A program made the position numbers and the translations under genes. DNA of 63,514 nucleotides, the filler included, from Asterionella formosa (Eukaryota): NCBI GenBank assembly GCA_002256025.1. It is 22 parts of 22 records of this genome, joined end to end, with 100 filler letters (N's around TTAATTAATTAA, not from the genome) between each part and the next. Parts side by side here need not be neighbours in the genome. Positions count along the whole stretch, not along the records: positions 21,628 to 22,802 come from NKIB01003890.1; positions 22,903 to 24,077 come from NKIB01003891.1; positions 24,178 to 25,352 come from NKIB01003892.1; positions 25,453 to 26,627 come from NKIB01003893.1; positions 26,728 to 27,902 come from NKIB01003894.1; positions 28,003 to 29,177 come from NKIB01003895.1; positions 29,278 to 48,233 come from NKIB01003896.1; 15 more parts are not named here. One strand, 5' to 3'. Under the pieces are notes generated by a model, which saw only the letters and a list, made by a program, of their open reading frames with translations, searched no databases and was not told the origin of the DNA. Each line of letters starts with the position of its first letter. Positions within the stretch are counted from its first letter, which is position 1. Positions 22,064 through 34,220 of this stretch are shown piece after piece.

Positions 22064-22198
22064 TTTTTGCAACAACAACGAAATACTAGCGATGACAAGC
22101 GGAATGAATGTTTGCGAAAACATCTTCAATGTTTTTGCAACAACAACGAAATACTAGCGATGACAAGCGGAATGAATGTTTGCGATAACGTCTTCAAT
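22064..22198 (+). repeat. 68-bp tandem duplication inside a decayed coding-like repeat related to about 19670-20180
   Basis: TTTTTGCAACAACAACGAAATACTAGCGATGACAAGCGG.. occurs at 22064 and 22132. Confidence 0.9.
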
Positions 22199-24177
22199 TT
22201 GTTGGTCAAGTGATCTTTATATCTTCGAGTAATCGTCATGTGCAGTGAACCTTTGTTCATAATCATTCAATTAAGAGTTTACAGGAGAGAAGAAACCATT
22301 CGAACTCGTAATGTTTCCGCACACAGCGCACAAAGTATATCCGTTTCGTCCACTTCAGCATGACAATCTCGCCAATCAACCCATAAACAAACACATTCTA
22401 CTTGTTCTCGTTGACATTTTCAATTCTCACATGATACTACATCTACTATTGAGATTCAGCATAGAAGGAGATACGAAAATGTGCGTAACAGACTACTGTC
22501 CACATAGCTATAGCCTAGTTATAGAATGATTCTGATTAGAATGTGTTTCATTTTCATATCGCTCGCTCGTTTCTGCATTTGGTATACTGTACTTGAATTA
22601 ACTATTGAACTTGTCCACATCTTTGATACCATCAAGAGAGCGAAAGCAAGTGGCTCTTTTCATTGTTGTTTGCTTGTAGGAAGAATTTGATATCTGTATC
22701 GTCATTTGCTTGTTGGAATTGTCCGTTGCCTCAAACTTGCTTGGCGTGTGCGTGCACACACTGTCGACTTGCTTTCAATGGTATGTTGTTCTTGTATTCA
22801 CTNNNNNNNNNNNNNNNNNNNNNNNNNNNNNNNNNNNNNNNNNNNNTTAATTAATTAANNNNNNNNNNNNNNNNNNNNNNNNNNNNNNNNNNNNNNNNNN
22901 NNAAGTGATGTTATCAAAGTTCATTCATGGATGACTTCCAACAGGATCTTGCAGAGCTATCCACTACCAAAGGAAACTATGATTGTCCTCACTGTCATGA
23001 GTATGAGACTACAGAACATATGCTAACTTTTACTGCACCGAAAATCAGGCACAACCACCAGGAGGTGGGGATGACATTCTTCACATCACAGCCAAGTCCA
23101 CTTAATATACACTTAATGCACAATCCAATGAATTTGTTTTCGGAGCACTATACTCTGGGCACCACTCCGGGAGAAAAGTCAAAATTTGAGCAGCTATCAA
23201 ACAGCAATGACAAATTGGTAGAATATTGATGATGAGGGGGTAGTACCTCTCAAATCAATGGGGATTTGAAATTCCAGAGGAGTCAGAGAACACAATGGTA
23301 ATAATGGCACACCATTGGACCCAAGCAGAAATCTCTCAGATCTGGTTAGTTGCCTCTGCAGCATGGGAGGAAATGAACACAGTTTTTTTACACATGCGAA
23401 GTAACAACATTCACAGAAAATGCAATTCCCACGCATAGTCTTCAACTTCTGACTCAACAATGGTATTATCAATACAAGTTGGGCATGGAACATGATTGAA
23501 TGGAAGAGAGGATTCATTCACGTGGGGAGATTCAACAGAACTCATGGTTGATTGTTGCGTTGTTTGATGTTACTATTTTGTTGCTCAAAGGAGAACCATG
23601 AATATATAGAAACAGGATGATTATATGCTCGAGTTATATATAGCTTTCGCTAGTAGTCTACTATACTTGTGCTTTTACAGGGAGTAAGTTTATATCTACA
23701 TTGAAAAATGTAAATATAACAGAAATGTGTTCATTTTGTTTGAAACGGAACTCTATCAATGTGGCGCCAATTTCTACTTAGTTTAAATATTAAGACAGAT
23801 ACTTGCATCATGGGAATACACAGAAACGCATTTCCTGCCCCATGCCAATTTTACATCCCTAGGCCATGTTTTACTCCAACCAAGGGTCAAGCCAGAAAAA
23901 AATGCTCAATCGCAGAGGTAGAATTTATTTACTATATAATTGTTGCTCTACTATCCCTAATTTTTTTGCTCACTACCCAAAATCTTTGCTCATTGCTAAA
24001 TAAATTTGATCTCTGAAAGTTGGCACGGTTTAGCAGTTATTACCTTTTCGTAATTGCGGTTATAATTTGCATTTACTNNNNNNNNNNNNNNNNNNNNNNN
24101 NNNNNNNNNNNNNNNNNNNNNTTAATTAATTAANNNNNNNNNNNNNNNNNNNNNNNNNNNNNNNNNNNNNNNNNNNN

Positions 24178-24760
24178 AAAGTCCAAAGAATATCTACAAG
24201 CGAGAGACAGGATTATCAGCAATGTCCTGCAGAGCGCAGCAAGTTCAGGTGGGAAAATTCGTCTCATCTCCATGGCTGCAGTACATAAAACACATACTAT
24301 CACAACGCAAGGAGAAATTTAAAATCAACTTCGACCCAGGAACTTCGGAAACAATGAAAGGAAATATATCAAAGGCAATAGAACAGCAAAACCAATTGGG
24401 CCTAATTTTAACGCTGAGGGGGCATCTTGGCAAGGGATGGAAAAGCGCGGTTTACCATTCAGAGGAAGATCGGCAACCAAGAACAGAAGCGCAGCGCAAC
24501 AGTTGGGCTACAACGGCAATACATCAATTTTGGAAAGTAATCATTGGAGCATGGAACGATTGAAACGAGGTGCTTCATAATGGGAAAAGCAACACGATTT
24601 CCCAATGGGAACATGATGAAAAATAAAGAGGTACTACAGCAGAAAAGGAGAAATATCCAGGAGAGATGTTCGTCTATTCAGAACAAAGATATAGGAGTTA
24701 TTGACGGCGAGGCTTAGCAAAAAACTGAGATTTTTAGATAGAGCAAAATATAATTTATCC
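24178..24760 (+). mobile_element. Non-LTR retrotransposon C-terminal region, decayed
   Basis: AIEQQNQLG..LRGHLGKGW..W....I...W....GAWND*NEVLH fits the Q..IG....RG.....W..W..RN...H pattern at LINE ORF2 C-termini. Confidence 0.65.
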
Positions 24761-25452
24761 GCTTCCAAGGGAGCAGCCCTGCAGAAGCAGGACAACAATC
24801 AATTTAGGCGTAACACAACAAGAAAAACCACAGGAAGTGCGATAAATGGGCGATTATACACACAACCCAACATAAATAACCAATTCTCCAAATGACATGA
24901 GGAGTGCAGACCAAGAGAAGAGTTCCAAGAACAAAGGTACCACAATTTTTTCCAATACTTCCACAAGAGGAAGTGACAAATATACCAAAACCTCCATCAC
25001 CACACCTCTTATGATGGGCCATGGAGCGCAACGAAGACAAATCTAGGAATAGACTGGTAAGAACAATGCGCTATAAAAATGATTAAAACATAAATGCTGT
25101 TGATCCCTCCTCCCGAAATTTTTTTCCGTTGTTGCCATTAGAGATAAAAATGGTGTATTTGTTGATTAATTTAATTACATGACATATATAAAATTACAAT
25201 GCTGTATCTGCAGGGATACATACAGATACACATTTCAGAGCAACAAAAAAGTGTTGCTGGAAGCAACATAACCCCCGAATGTTAGAGATACAAAAAATTG
25301 GACTGAGCAACTTTCTTTAAATTTTTGTTTCTCTGTTAAGAAGACCTGCCCTNNNNNNNNNNNNNNNNNNNNNNNNNNNNNNNNNNNNNNNNNNNNTTAA
25401 TTAATTAANNNNNNNNNNNNNNNNNNNNNNNNNNNNNNNNNNNNNNNNNNNN

Positions 25453-26566
25453 GTGACAATTCAAAAAACCGTTGATTCAATTTCTGCTTCTTGTTTTGTT
25501 CCTGGATTTCATGCCGGTGTTTGATTTCCAGCATATGCTCAAAAAGCGGTGGTCCTAGACAAGTGTTTCCAACAGCAAAATGCAGTCCTGTGGTCATTCA
25601 TTTGTTTGTGTCGATTGCTGCTTGTGCTGTTTGCTTTCTTTTCCTTGCATGTTCTGCTGCATCATTACCATTTCGCACATCTTCTCTGTTTATGTATTCA
25701 ACAATTTGATTTGTAAGAGTTCCTGAAAGTCCTTCTTGCAGGTTGAGCTGGTCAGGTGTAATAAAGGTTCTGTTGCTGTGTGAGATTCAATTCAATGGGA
25801 CAACACCAAATTTCGTCAGCTGTATTTCAGGATTCAACAAACAATTATAGTTCAAAGGTCCCCAGCCTCGCTCTGCTACCGCTTTTTTGTTTGTGCATAA
25901 TCTCGCAAATCTTTTTTCCCAAGAAGTGAATTTGCAAGTTGCAGTCGCTCCCTCTCGGCATGTGATGGGCGGACGCATTTTACCCAACTGATCAATGAGC
26001 TCCACAATGTAAGGTTCCACTTCAAGCATAGGTGAGATGCGAGCTGTGTTTGTTCCTTGATTGTTTTTTCTTTTTGCACGTGTTCTAACTGTTTCGAAAT
26101 TAATATTGACAGCAGGAGGAATACCAAGCGCCTCCTTTTCTCTCAATATTATACAGGCAAGTGTATTTCTCTTCACTCGTGATTCTCCTCCTCCTTTTTC
26201 TTTTCCCTCTTCTCTCACCCTCATATATTCTGCTGCCGAATTGGAAATACATTCTTTCACTTTTTCTGCCATGATGGAGCTGGCTACTGCGGTTGTTCCC
26301 TTTGGACAACCACCATAGGGCAGGGTTCTAGTGGCAGAAATGGTGCTGCTACTTTCAGTTGATGCAGTAGTAGTGCTGGCAGGAGGCGAACTAGAACTTG
26401 TAGACATAATCATAGTATTAATGGAAGAATGATAATGAATTTTTCTGCTATAGCTGTAATTTTCTACACCTTCCATTGTCAGCATAGATATTTCGCTTTT
26501 TTGTGATTCTTCATGCACATCCTCCTCAGCAGGCTGTTTGTCCATGCTGGTAGCTACTGGTGCCAC
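25453..26566 (-). mobile_element. pogo-like transposase relic with the DDE core deleted
   Basis: GG.PKGTT, ISPMLEVEPYIVELI..LANSL (CENP-B-like HTH region) fused directly to KAVAERGWGPLNY. Frameshifts present. Confidence 0.55.
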
Positions 26567-26727
26567 CAGATAACCTCAATTTCCTTAGAAAGTATTTCAC
26601 TTTCTGTGTAGTCACCCATGGGACAAGNNNNNNNNNNNNNNNNNNNNNNNNNNNNNNNNNNNNNNNNNNNNTTAATTAATTAANNNNNNNNNNNNNNNNN
26701 NNNNNNNNNNNNNNNNNNNNNNNNNNN

Positions 26728-27902
26728 CCTTTGCCAGTACTCAGCATGATGCTCTCAAAATTTAATCCGTCAGCTTGTATCTTGCAACAGAAGTACCTGG
26801 TCGTAGTACCTTCTGCGAGTTTGCTCATTTGTCCAGCTGATTATTTTATGACGGATAATTTACAAATACCATGTCCTGTCTGTATGGTGGATATATCAGT
26901 GTTTTTCTGCATGTCATGCATTCCTATAATGATACGTACAGAACATTTGCACAATGGTTTGATATATTTTGATACACCTATCAAGGATTATGTTTACACA
27001 TGGAACATTCAAGCTCCTAACTATACAGATACGGAAATATGCTGTTATGGCTGAAGTCCTCCAGCACCATTCTATATGAAATGGTCTGTTAAAGAAACTG
27101 ACTCATTGGGATATCGATAAACTCCAACCGACTTCAAATTTTGGTCTTCAAATCTTAAAACAGGATTGAAATGGAACTAGACCATTTGTTTGGTTACCTA
27201 TGCATACATCAACAAACTTGTGCATCAATGAAAGCATTGTTAGTTGCAGATACACTCATGAGTTATCCTGATCGTAATTTTCCTTTCCATATTTTTTACT
27301 AAGGTTTCTGATTGTCAATTAAGAACCTTTCAAAGAATTTCGCTCTATGTCATTGAATGCGGTTCTACATGTTCACACTGAACATCATATTTTTTTCTTT
27401 ATTACCCTACACAGAAACTCAGCGTGTTCTCCGGTGGAGGATTTATATTGAAGAATATCTTCTCACTTTTCACAATATGAAGGGTACTGATAATGTGAAA
27501 TATTACAGATTCTATCTCTCGCCTCCCGAGGCTTGAGTCTTTGGTGGGGGATGATATTGGACCGAAATTTTCGACATCAACATCCATATCTACTTTCTCA
27601 ATTGAAGTAGATGATGATTCTTTGTTTACCTGTTCCCTCAATCATCCAATTTTGGCAGACAATATTCAATATCCTCTGGAATATTACTCCATACATGATA
27701 GACAATTGCTGGATATACAATTGATTCTCAATCAAACAACTCATCTCATTCTCAATCAACAAACCAAACACATCTGTTAAAATTTCCCTCTATCAATTTT
27801 CATCATATACATTTAATGTATTTTGTGAAGAATCCAGGAGATACTTGACGTATTGTTATTCCTACATCACTATCGAATCCTATTATTTATTGGTATCATC
27901 AG
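26728..27902 (-). repeat. Contig that is the near-identical reverse complement of 48334-49508; decayed coding-like sequence of unknown TE
   Basis: Same ORF set in opposite orientation, identical end points, a few SNPs. Confidence 0.93.
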
Positions 27903-28002
27903 NNNNNNNNNNNNNNNNNNNNNNNNNNNNNNNNNNNNNNNNNNNNTTAATTAATTAANNNNNNNNNNNNNNNNNNNNNNNNNNNNNNNNNNNNNNNNNN
28001 NN

Positions 28003-28420
28003 GCTTCTGCCTGAGCTCAACTCTTGTAATTGTGTCTTGAGGTCGATACTTCTTGTTCAGAGCTTCCATTACTAAATAAGCAAGCCCACCTGGCCACTCT
28101 GGAGTCATCGCCTTGTACACCAATCCCATTGTTCCTTCAGATGTGAAAGCCATTGACAAATTAGCCATAGCTACACCATTTCTCCTGATGGCCAGCCAAT
28201 GCTTTCAACCTGCCATCATCAGTTGTTTCATCAATCACCTCATCTTCTCTTGCTGGCATCATAGCCTGTGGAGCTAATGCCTCAGCAAATCTGCTAACAG
28301 TGGCATATGCTCTAAATCGAGTATTCCACATTTGAAATTTCTTGTGGCTGGTCTCCATCAAACATTGGAAGTCTCACACTCATCTTGTCACTATCGCTCC
28401 TTGGATCCATCCATTGTGAC
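28003..28420 (-). mobile_element. Ty1/copia (CoDi-like) gag fragment, frameshifted
   Basis: MSVRLPMFDG..KFQMWNTRFRAYA..MANLSMAF..EWPGGLAYLVMEALNKKYRPQD, a gag/UBN2-type N-terminus. Confidence 0.8.
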
Positions 28421-28759
28421 TTAGTACAAACTTTTGTTTTCTTTCTTTCACCGACAATCAGCCTCTGGGTCCTAACCTTTATACTTCGAAGTATGTTGAA
28501 GGGCTCCAAAGACTAGTACCTTAGTATTCAAGTCAGCAAGGTTTCTCAGATTGTGAACTAATTGTAATTATATCTAAACCTTCAATCCTGCCAACTGGTC
28601 CTGCCAAACTTAATCCTGTCAAATTCAATCTTACCAAATACAATTCAAGACTTCTACTCCAACTAATTTTGATCCCACTGTCAGTCCCATGAAACATTTC
28701 ACGACTTGACTCATCAGACTCTCAACGTCACCCGGAGTCTTTATAGCCTCCAACCTACT

Positions 28760-29090
28760 ACCCGTAGTAAGGTAATGTTCATAAGGTAGATGAACATTTT
28801 CTTCTCTTGCAGCAGCATATCTTCTGTTCAGCTCCTCAGTATGGCAAGCTCGTTCCCTTATATTGTAAGCAGAGAAATTGCCCGATGTCTCAGCATAGCA
28901 CTCAATGAAATATTTCTTGAATCTTTTTTTATCGAGTCGCCTATACTCAGGAATGTCACTGTCATGGAGATCCTCCATAGTCATCTGGTAGAATGCTTTA
29001 TAGTTGCTGTTTGCCTTTAACATCTCTTGGTGTTCTTTGGGAACTGTCAGGTAATGACGTTCCATACGTTTTGTCATGGCTTCCTTGCTT
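28760..29090 (-). other. Fragment of a multicopy unknown protein family (also at 19230-19423 and 20506-20699)
   Basis: MLKAN.NYKAFYQMTMEDLHDSDIPEYR..DKKRFK is shared by three contigs. Confidence 0.6.
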
Positions 29091-29277
29091 TTATGAATTT
29101 AACTGGCGTGATAATTAGCCAGGCTGACGAGTTACTACCGGTACCAGGTAGTACGTCTACATCTTTTATCAGCACCTNNNNNNNNNNNNNNNNNNNNNNN
29201 NNNNNNNNNNNNNNNNNNNNNTTAATTAATTAANNNNNNNNNNNNNNNNNNNNNNNNNNNNNNNNNNNNNNNNNNNN

Positions 29278-29423
29278 CGCACCTTAATCGTGTTCCCTGG
29301 CGGAGGCGAGAAGATATCCCAGATTACCGCGGAAGCGATCATATCCTTGGGTACCATAATATCTTTCGGTGAATCTGTGTTGTTGATTGCCGCATTTCGC
29401 GGGGCTACATGGCTTTTCGACAT
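29278..29423 (-). CDS. Possible N-terminal part of a gene running off the contig
   Basis: ATG at 29423 (MSKSHVAPRNAA..), open to the gap, coding-like composition. Confidence 0.3.
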
Positions 29424-29664
29424 GGTTGTTGAGCTGGTTATGTGGTAGAATAGCTTTATAATACAGACAAATGTAGTAGAAGCAAGATAAAACGAAATCA
29501 AGTGATGCTCTGATATCTTCCTGTCCTCGCTCGCGGAGCATGTGGCTGGTTCCCCATATCAGCCATGTGTACGTGGTATGATCGCGGTAGGAATTGCTAC
29601 CGTGGTACTCCCTCTGTCTACCGGTAGTAACAGTTGCATCGATAATTCAAATTTATCCGGGGCC

Positions 29665-30960
29665 ATTTTGACTCCTACGATTTTCTCCGGCTCAATTGCC
29701 CTATTGTGCGGCTTGTTCTAAGCTACAGAATCATGAATATATTATATATAGAAAGATTAAAATTGGCAACTACATTTGAAAAAAACGTTTTTGGGATTTT
29801 TCGATTTTCACTTTTTGCTCTCGCGAGCAAAATGCAGATGCATGAGGACCCATTTTTCTTCAAACCATCTATTCTCAACATACGGACAAAGTACGATATA
29901 ACAGTAGAACAACTGCAACTTGCGTTCAATTATGGAATGTGCAACCCCGTAAGTGGCAATGATGGGAAGGAAGAAAACGACGGTATGCTCGTTCTGAGGA
30001 TTGTAACCGTTAAACATCCGGTTGCATGGTCCATGTAGGTGCAACAACCGTAGAAAGCATACCGAACAACAATTATTCTATTCAGGTTGTAATTATGACA
30101 GTGGCTTGTTGTATTTGGTTTCCCGCAAATATTTGACTGGCCGGCCGATGTGAAACAGCAGTCGGCGATATGTACATGATTGCAATGAATATGCGTATGT
30201 TAAATTGGTTTGGATTAATATATTTACATGCTAAAACTTTAATTACAGAAACCAAGTATTTGTTAACGTCTATGTAGCTCATAAAAAACGTATTTTTTCG
30301 AGTACGCCGACCCTCTCGTAGAAATTTGGTATATTGGCTACATAATCCTTCATATGCGAACAGTAAAGACACTGGTGGTATCGGCGAATCGATGCAACTG
30401 TTAGTACCTGGTACCTGGTACCAGCAATCAAGTGTCGGTACCAGGTACTCCTACTGGTTGAAAATAATTGCTGCTATAGTAAGTATTGTTCAAACTTTCT
30501 CAAGGGTAATTTTGATTCCTACGATTTTCTCCGGCTCAATTCCCCAACCTGCGAAATCACATGAAGCTACAGATCCATGTATGATATATATATATGTATA
30601 TATTCATAATTTTAAAATTGGCAACTACGTATCAAAAAAACGTTTTTGGGCTTTTTCGATTCACTTATGGCTATCTCGAGCAAAATGCAAATGCATGAGG
30701 ACACATTTTCTTCGAACCATCTATTCTCAAAATACATACGAAGTAGGATATTACAGTAGAACAATGGCAACTTGCGTTCAATTATGGAATGCGCAACCCC
30801 GGAAGTTGCACTGGTGGCAAGGAAGAAAATGACGGTATGCTTGTTGAGGAAATTGCCGTGAAAGATCCGGAGGTATGGTCGAAGAAAGATGGTATGATGG
30901 CTACGTAATCCTTCATATGCGAACAGTAAAGACACTAGTGGTGCCGGCGATTCGACGCAG
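29665..30960 (+). repeat. Two diverged tandem copies of a non-coding element (about 29665-30396 and 30509-30960)
   Basis: Shared ATTTTGA.TCCTACGATTTTCTCCGGCTCAATT start and GGCTAC.TAATCCTTCATATGCGAACAGTAAAGACACT end. Copy 1 has about 300 bp extra. Confidence 0.8.
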
Positions 30961-31162
30961 TAATTTTCAACTAGTGGGAGCACCAGGTAATACCCGATAG
31001 AATACCAGTAGTAATACCCGGTACCAGGAACCGGTAGACTGCCGGTAGTATAGTACCAGGTGCCTGGGAATGCCTGATCAACCGGATGTTGCTGAATGCG
31101 GTTGTCATCTTCTTTGATAGACTATTTATTATGAAATATTTGCCAACATATAAACAGTACAT

Positions 31163-31236
31163 GCCGGCGTAGCTCAGCTGGTTAGAGCGTGGGTCTAATA
31201 AACCCAAGGTCGTGGGTTCGATCCCCACCGCTGGTA
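31163..31236 (+). tRNA. tRNA-Ile, anticodon AAT
   Basis: Cloverleaf: acceptor GCCGGCG/CGCTGGT, D arm GCTC..GAGC, anticodon stem TGGGT/ACCCA with loop CTAATAA, T arm GTGGG-TTCGATC-CCCAC. T4 terminator at 31241. Confidence 0.95.
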
Positions 31237-32472
31237 TCACTTTTGGACATACATTGCCGCATCTTTTTCTTAAACCGAAGGTCGTGGGTTCGATCCCAAC
31301 CGCTTGCTGTGATGTTCTCCATACGATACACTGTGCCTTAGCTCGGTGATTTTATACTGCAGTAATACTGCGTGCTTTTTTTAGAGAAAGATAGTATACT
31401 GCTGGTATACCGTATTCACTTGGCAAACAGATAAGTATTTTAATATAGAAATGACAGTATACCAGTATACTGATACTGCTTCCAAAGCAGTATTCTTATT
31501 GTCACTCAGTCATGCATGCTTGTGTGCTTGTGTGCAATTTTTTTCGGCCAATAACAAAGGATGCAGCAGGCAATCATGGCAGCTACTTAAGTGCTTTGGT
31601 TCTATCATGTTAATCTACTTGATCATCATCTATCTCTAATGTGATAGTCCTGCCCATTGCTTTACTGACCACAACCTCATTCTAGTAATGTCCATTCATT
31701 TTTAGAAATATGATTGCTTCAAACACAGTAGGTGATGTTGACTTCTTTACACAAGTAAGAATGTGCTTGGCAATGGAAAGGAGCCTTTCACAACTTACAG
31801 AAGTACCAAGAAGGAAGTCAAGACAAAGATAATTTCTACAGTATGCCGATTTTTTCTATTTTGGTGTTGCTTAAAAGCCCAAGCATTGAACGGAATTTCG
31901 CTCTCCAATGCTACAAGACATGTCGGATTTTCTGAAGATTCCTACATAGCAGTATCCTGGCAAAATTTTGGAACAGTGTGGTATTTGGAATATAGAATGA
32001 CAGTATACTGGTATACTGATACTGCATTTGGAGCAGTATCAGTATCCAATACTGCAGTATACTTTCACCAACCTCTGCACTGTGCTATCTTAGGTGCATA
32101 GGGAGAAGCAATGTAGGAAAATTGGTACTGTACTGGAGGTACCAGTTACCAAGTACCAGGTACCCTGAATCAGACTGTTGTACTTTACAGTAAAAAGACA
32201 CTTCCTATTATATGTATGAGGAAAACAAAGTACCAAGTACCAGTACATAGACATACATGTATTTCATTTAATTAAGGTTCCTGCATTTGAACCCCTAGGC
32301 AAAAATTAAAATATTGCTCTATACCCTGCTACCAGGTACCTGGTACTAGTGTGGTGATGGTGGGCCTACCGGTACTCTGTTGCTCTAGTTCTGCAATTGT
32401 GCATTGCCTCACGCCTTGTATACGGTTACACTGTGAAAAAGGGAAAGCTGTTCTTTTCTAGCTGTGTTGCTT

Positions 32473-33532
32473 TCAAGGACCATTAAAAGGAGGATCCCCA
32501 GGACCTCGGTACTTGAAGATGGGACTACGGACACAATCTGACCCATAATATCGTCCAGTTGGCAGTTTACCAATAGCTTCAGATGTCAACAACCAGACTG
32601 GAGGGATTGCCCCAATAGAAGGCAAATTTTTTGCACCCATGCCTGTATTGTTACAGCTAGAGGTGTTAGAACAACAAGCTAAAGAAAACCAAACACATTG
32701 GTGCTTCCAAATACTCACCTTTAGTAATGTCAGTAGCAATAAATCCAGGAGTTACCGAGTTGATAATGAGATCTGGTTCTGATTTGGCGTGAAGGATGGT
32801 ATATGCGTTGAGAAGAGCTTTCGAGAGGCCATATGCCTCATTGCGTGTACCTGCATCTTGCAATGACTTTGCAAGATTATCCAACTCGCCGATACCTCCA
32901 ACGAATTGGCTTTCAGGAAATGTCAACTTTTCTCGGAGGACCGAATCGCTACAACTAGCCACAAAAACAGGGCCAGATGCAGATGCTATGTTGACGATTC
33001 GCCCCCCGGGTCGCTGAATGTGTGCAGACAAAGCATCATTAACTCTTCGGGGTCCAAAATAGTTTGTGTTCAGAGTCTCAGCTAAGGAACTACCAAATCC
33101 AATACCAGCATTATTGATGATTCCGAATAGTGGTCCGATGGAGACAGCCGCTTTGTAAACCGAATCATCCGAAGATGTGTCCAGTTCAACAAGTTCCAAA
33201 CGGTTGTGGCAAATGGATCCCAGCAACTTTTGAAGATCTTCCACTGCTTTTCGACCTCGATCAACATCTCGGGAGCCAAGCAGCACATGAACATCTGGGT
33301 GATCCTCCAAGAGCAGTTGGCAAATGGCCTTTCCAATGCCCTTGTTTCCTGTTGAAATCGAGGATAGGTTGGGTTGGTTCGGTCGCAACGGATGATAGCG
33401 CTAAAGAATAGGATATCAAGAGGGACTAGAAACCACCGGCATTTACTTACCTCCGGTGACCAACACTCTTCTCATTGTTTTCCGCTCATTTAAGGAAGCA
33501 AGCATGACAACAAGAGTGCATATCGCTTTCAT
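32473..33532 (-). CDS. Short-chain dehydrogenase/reductase (carbonyl reductase-like), 3 exons (33532 or 33475-33451, 33348-32719, 32642-32473)
   Basis: Splicing at GTAAGT..CAG and GTGAGT..CAG restores VLVTGGNKGIG. Also NNAG, VNIAS, catalytic YGLSK and PGFIATD. Confidence 0.92.
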
Positions 33533-33654
33533 GAGCTTCCTTTTACGTACCTGTGGTGTTCATTGAGGTAAATGTCCATCGTATGAATACAAGTTGCATG
33601 CATGGGCCGAAAAAACGAATCACGGCGGAAGCAAGCAAAAACCGCTGCAGAAAG

Positions 33655-34220
33655 TGACCTATGGTACAGTATGTACAACGCTAGATGTACTATATCATTA
33701 TGTAGATGGTATAAGTCCTATATAACGTTAACCTTATAGGCTATACCGGTACTTGTTTACTCTCACTGTAGAGATTTACACAATACAGACTGTGTATGTA
33801 CACCACGTCAACCATAAGTGAAAGGTGTAAGATACCGGTACCTGGTACCCTTTTACAGTACGCACACGACTAATTGGTACCATGGAGCCCATACGTAGCA
33901 CATATCATAGATGTAGACGAGACTGATCATGCATGATTAGTGCGTGATGCTATACACACGGCTACTAGTATGTAGGTCGTAGTACATATTGCATTATGTC
34001 CCCGCATCTATATGTTACGTGATAACTATTGGTACAGATGTACCTCTAGAATAACGGTAGACGCACCAATGCTACGGTAGGCTAAAACATGACACTTAGC
34101 ATGGACTCTTGACACCTAGTATGTACCCTTCTCATCAAGACCTTTGCGAGTCCCCATGGACTAGGAGCTAATATAGATACACTAATCGTGAAGCTCATAA
34201 TTACCCAGAACCTACTTGTT
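33655..34220. mobile_element. Second copy of the LTR, missing its last about 25 bp at this position
   Basis: Aligns with 12652-12866 plus 14842-15166. The missing end reappears at 38156-38181. Confidence 0.8.
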
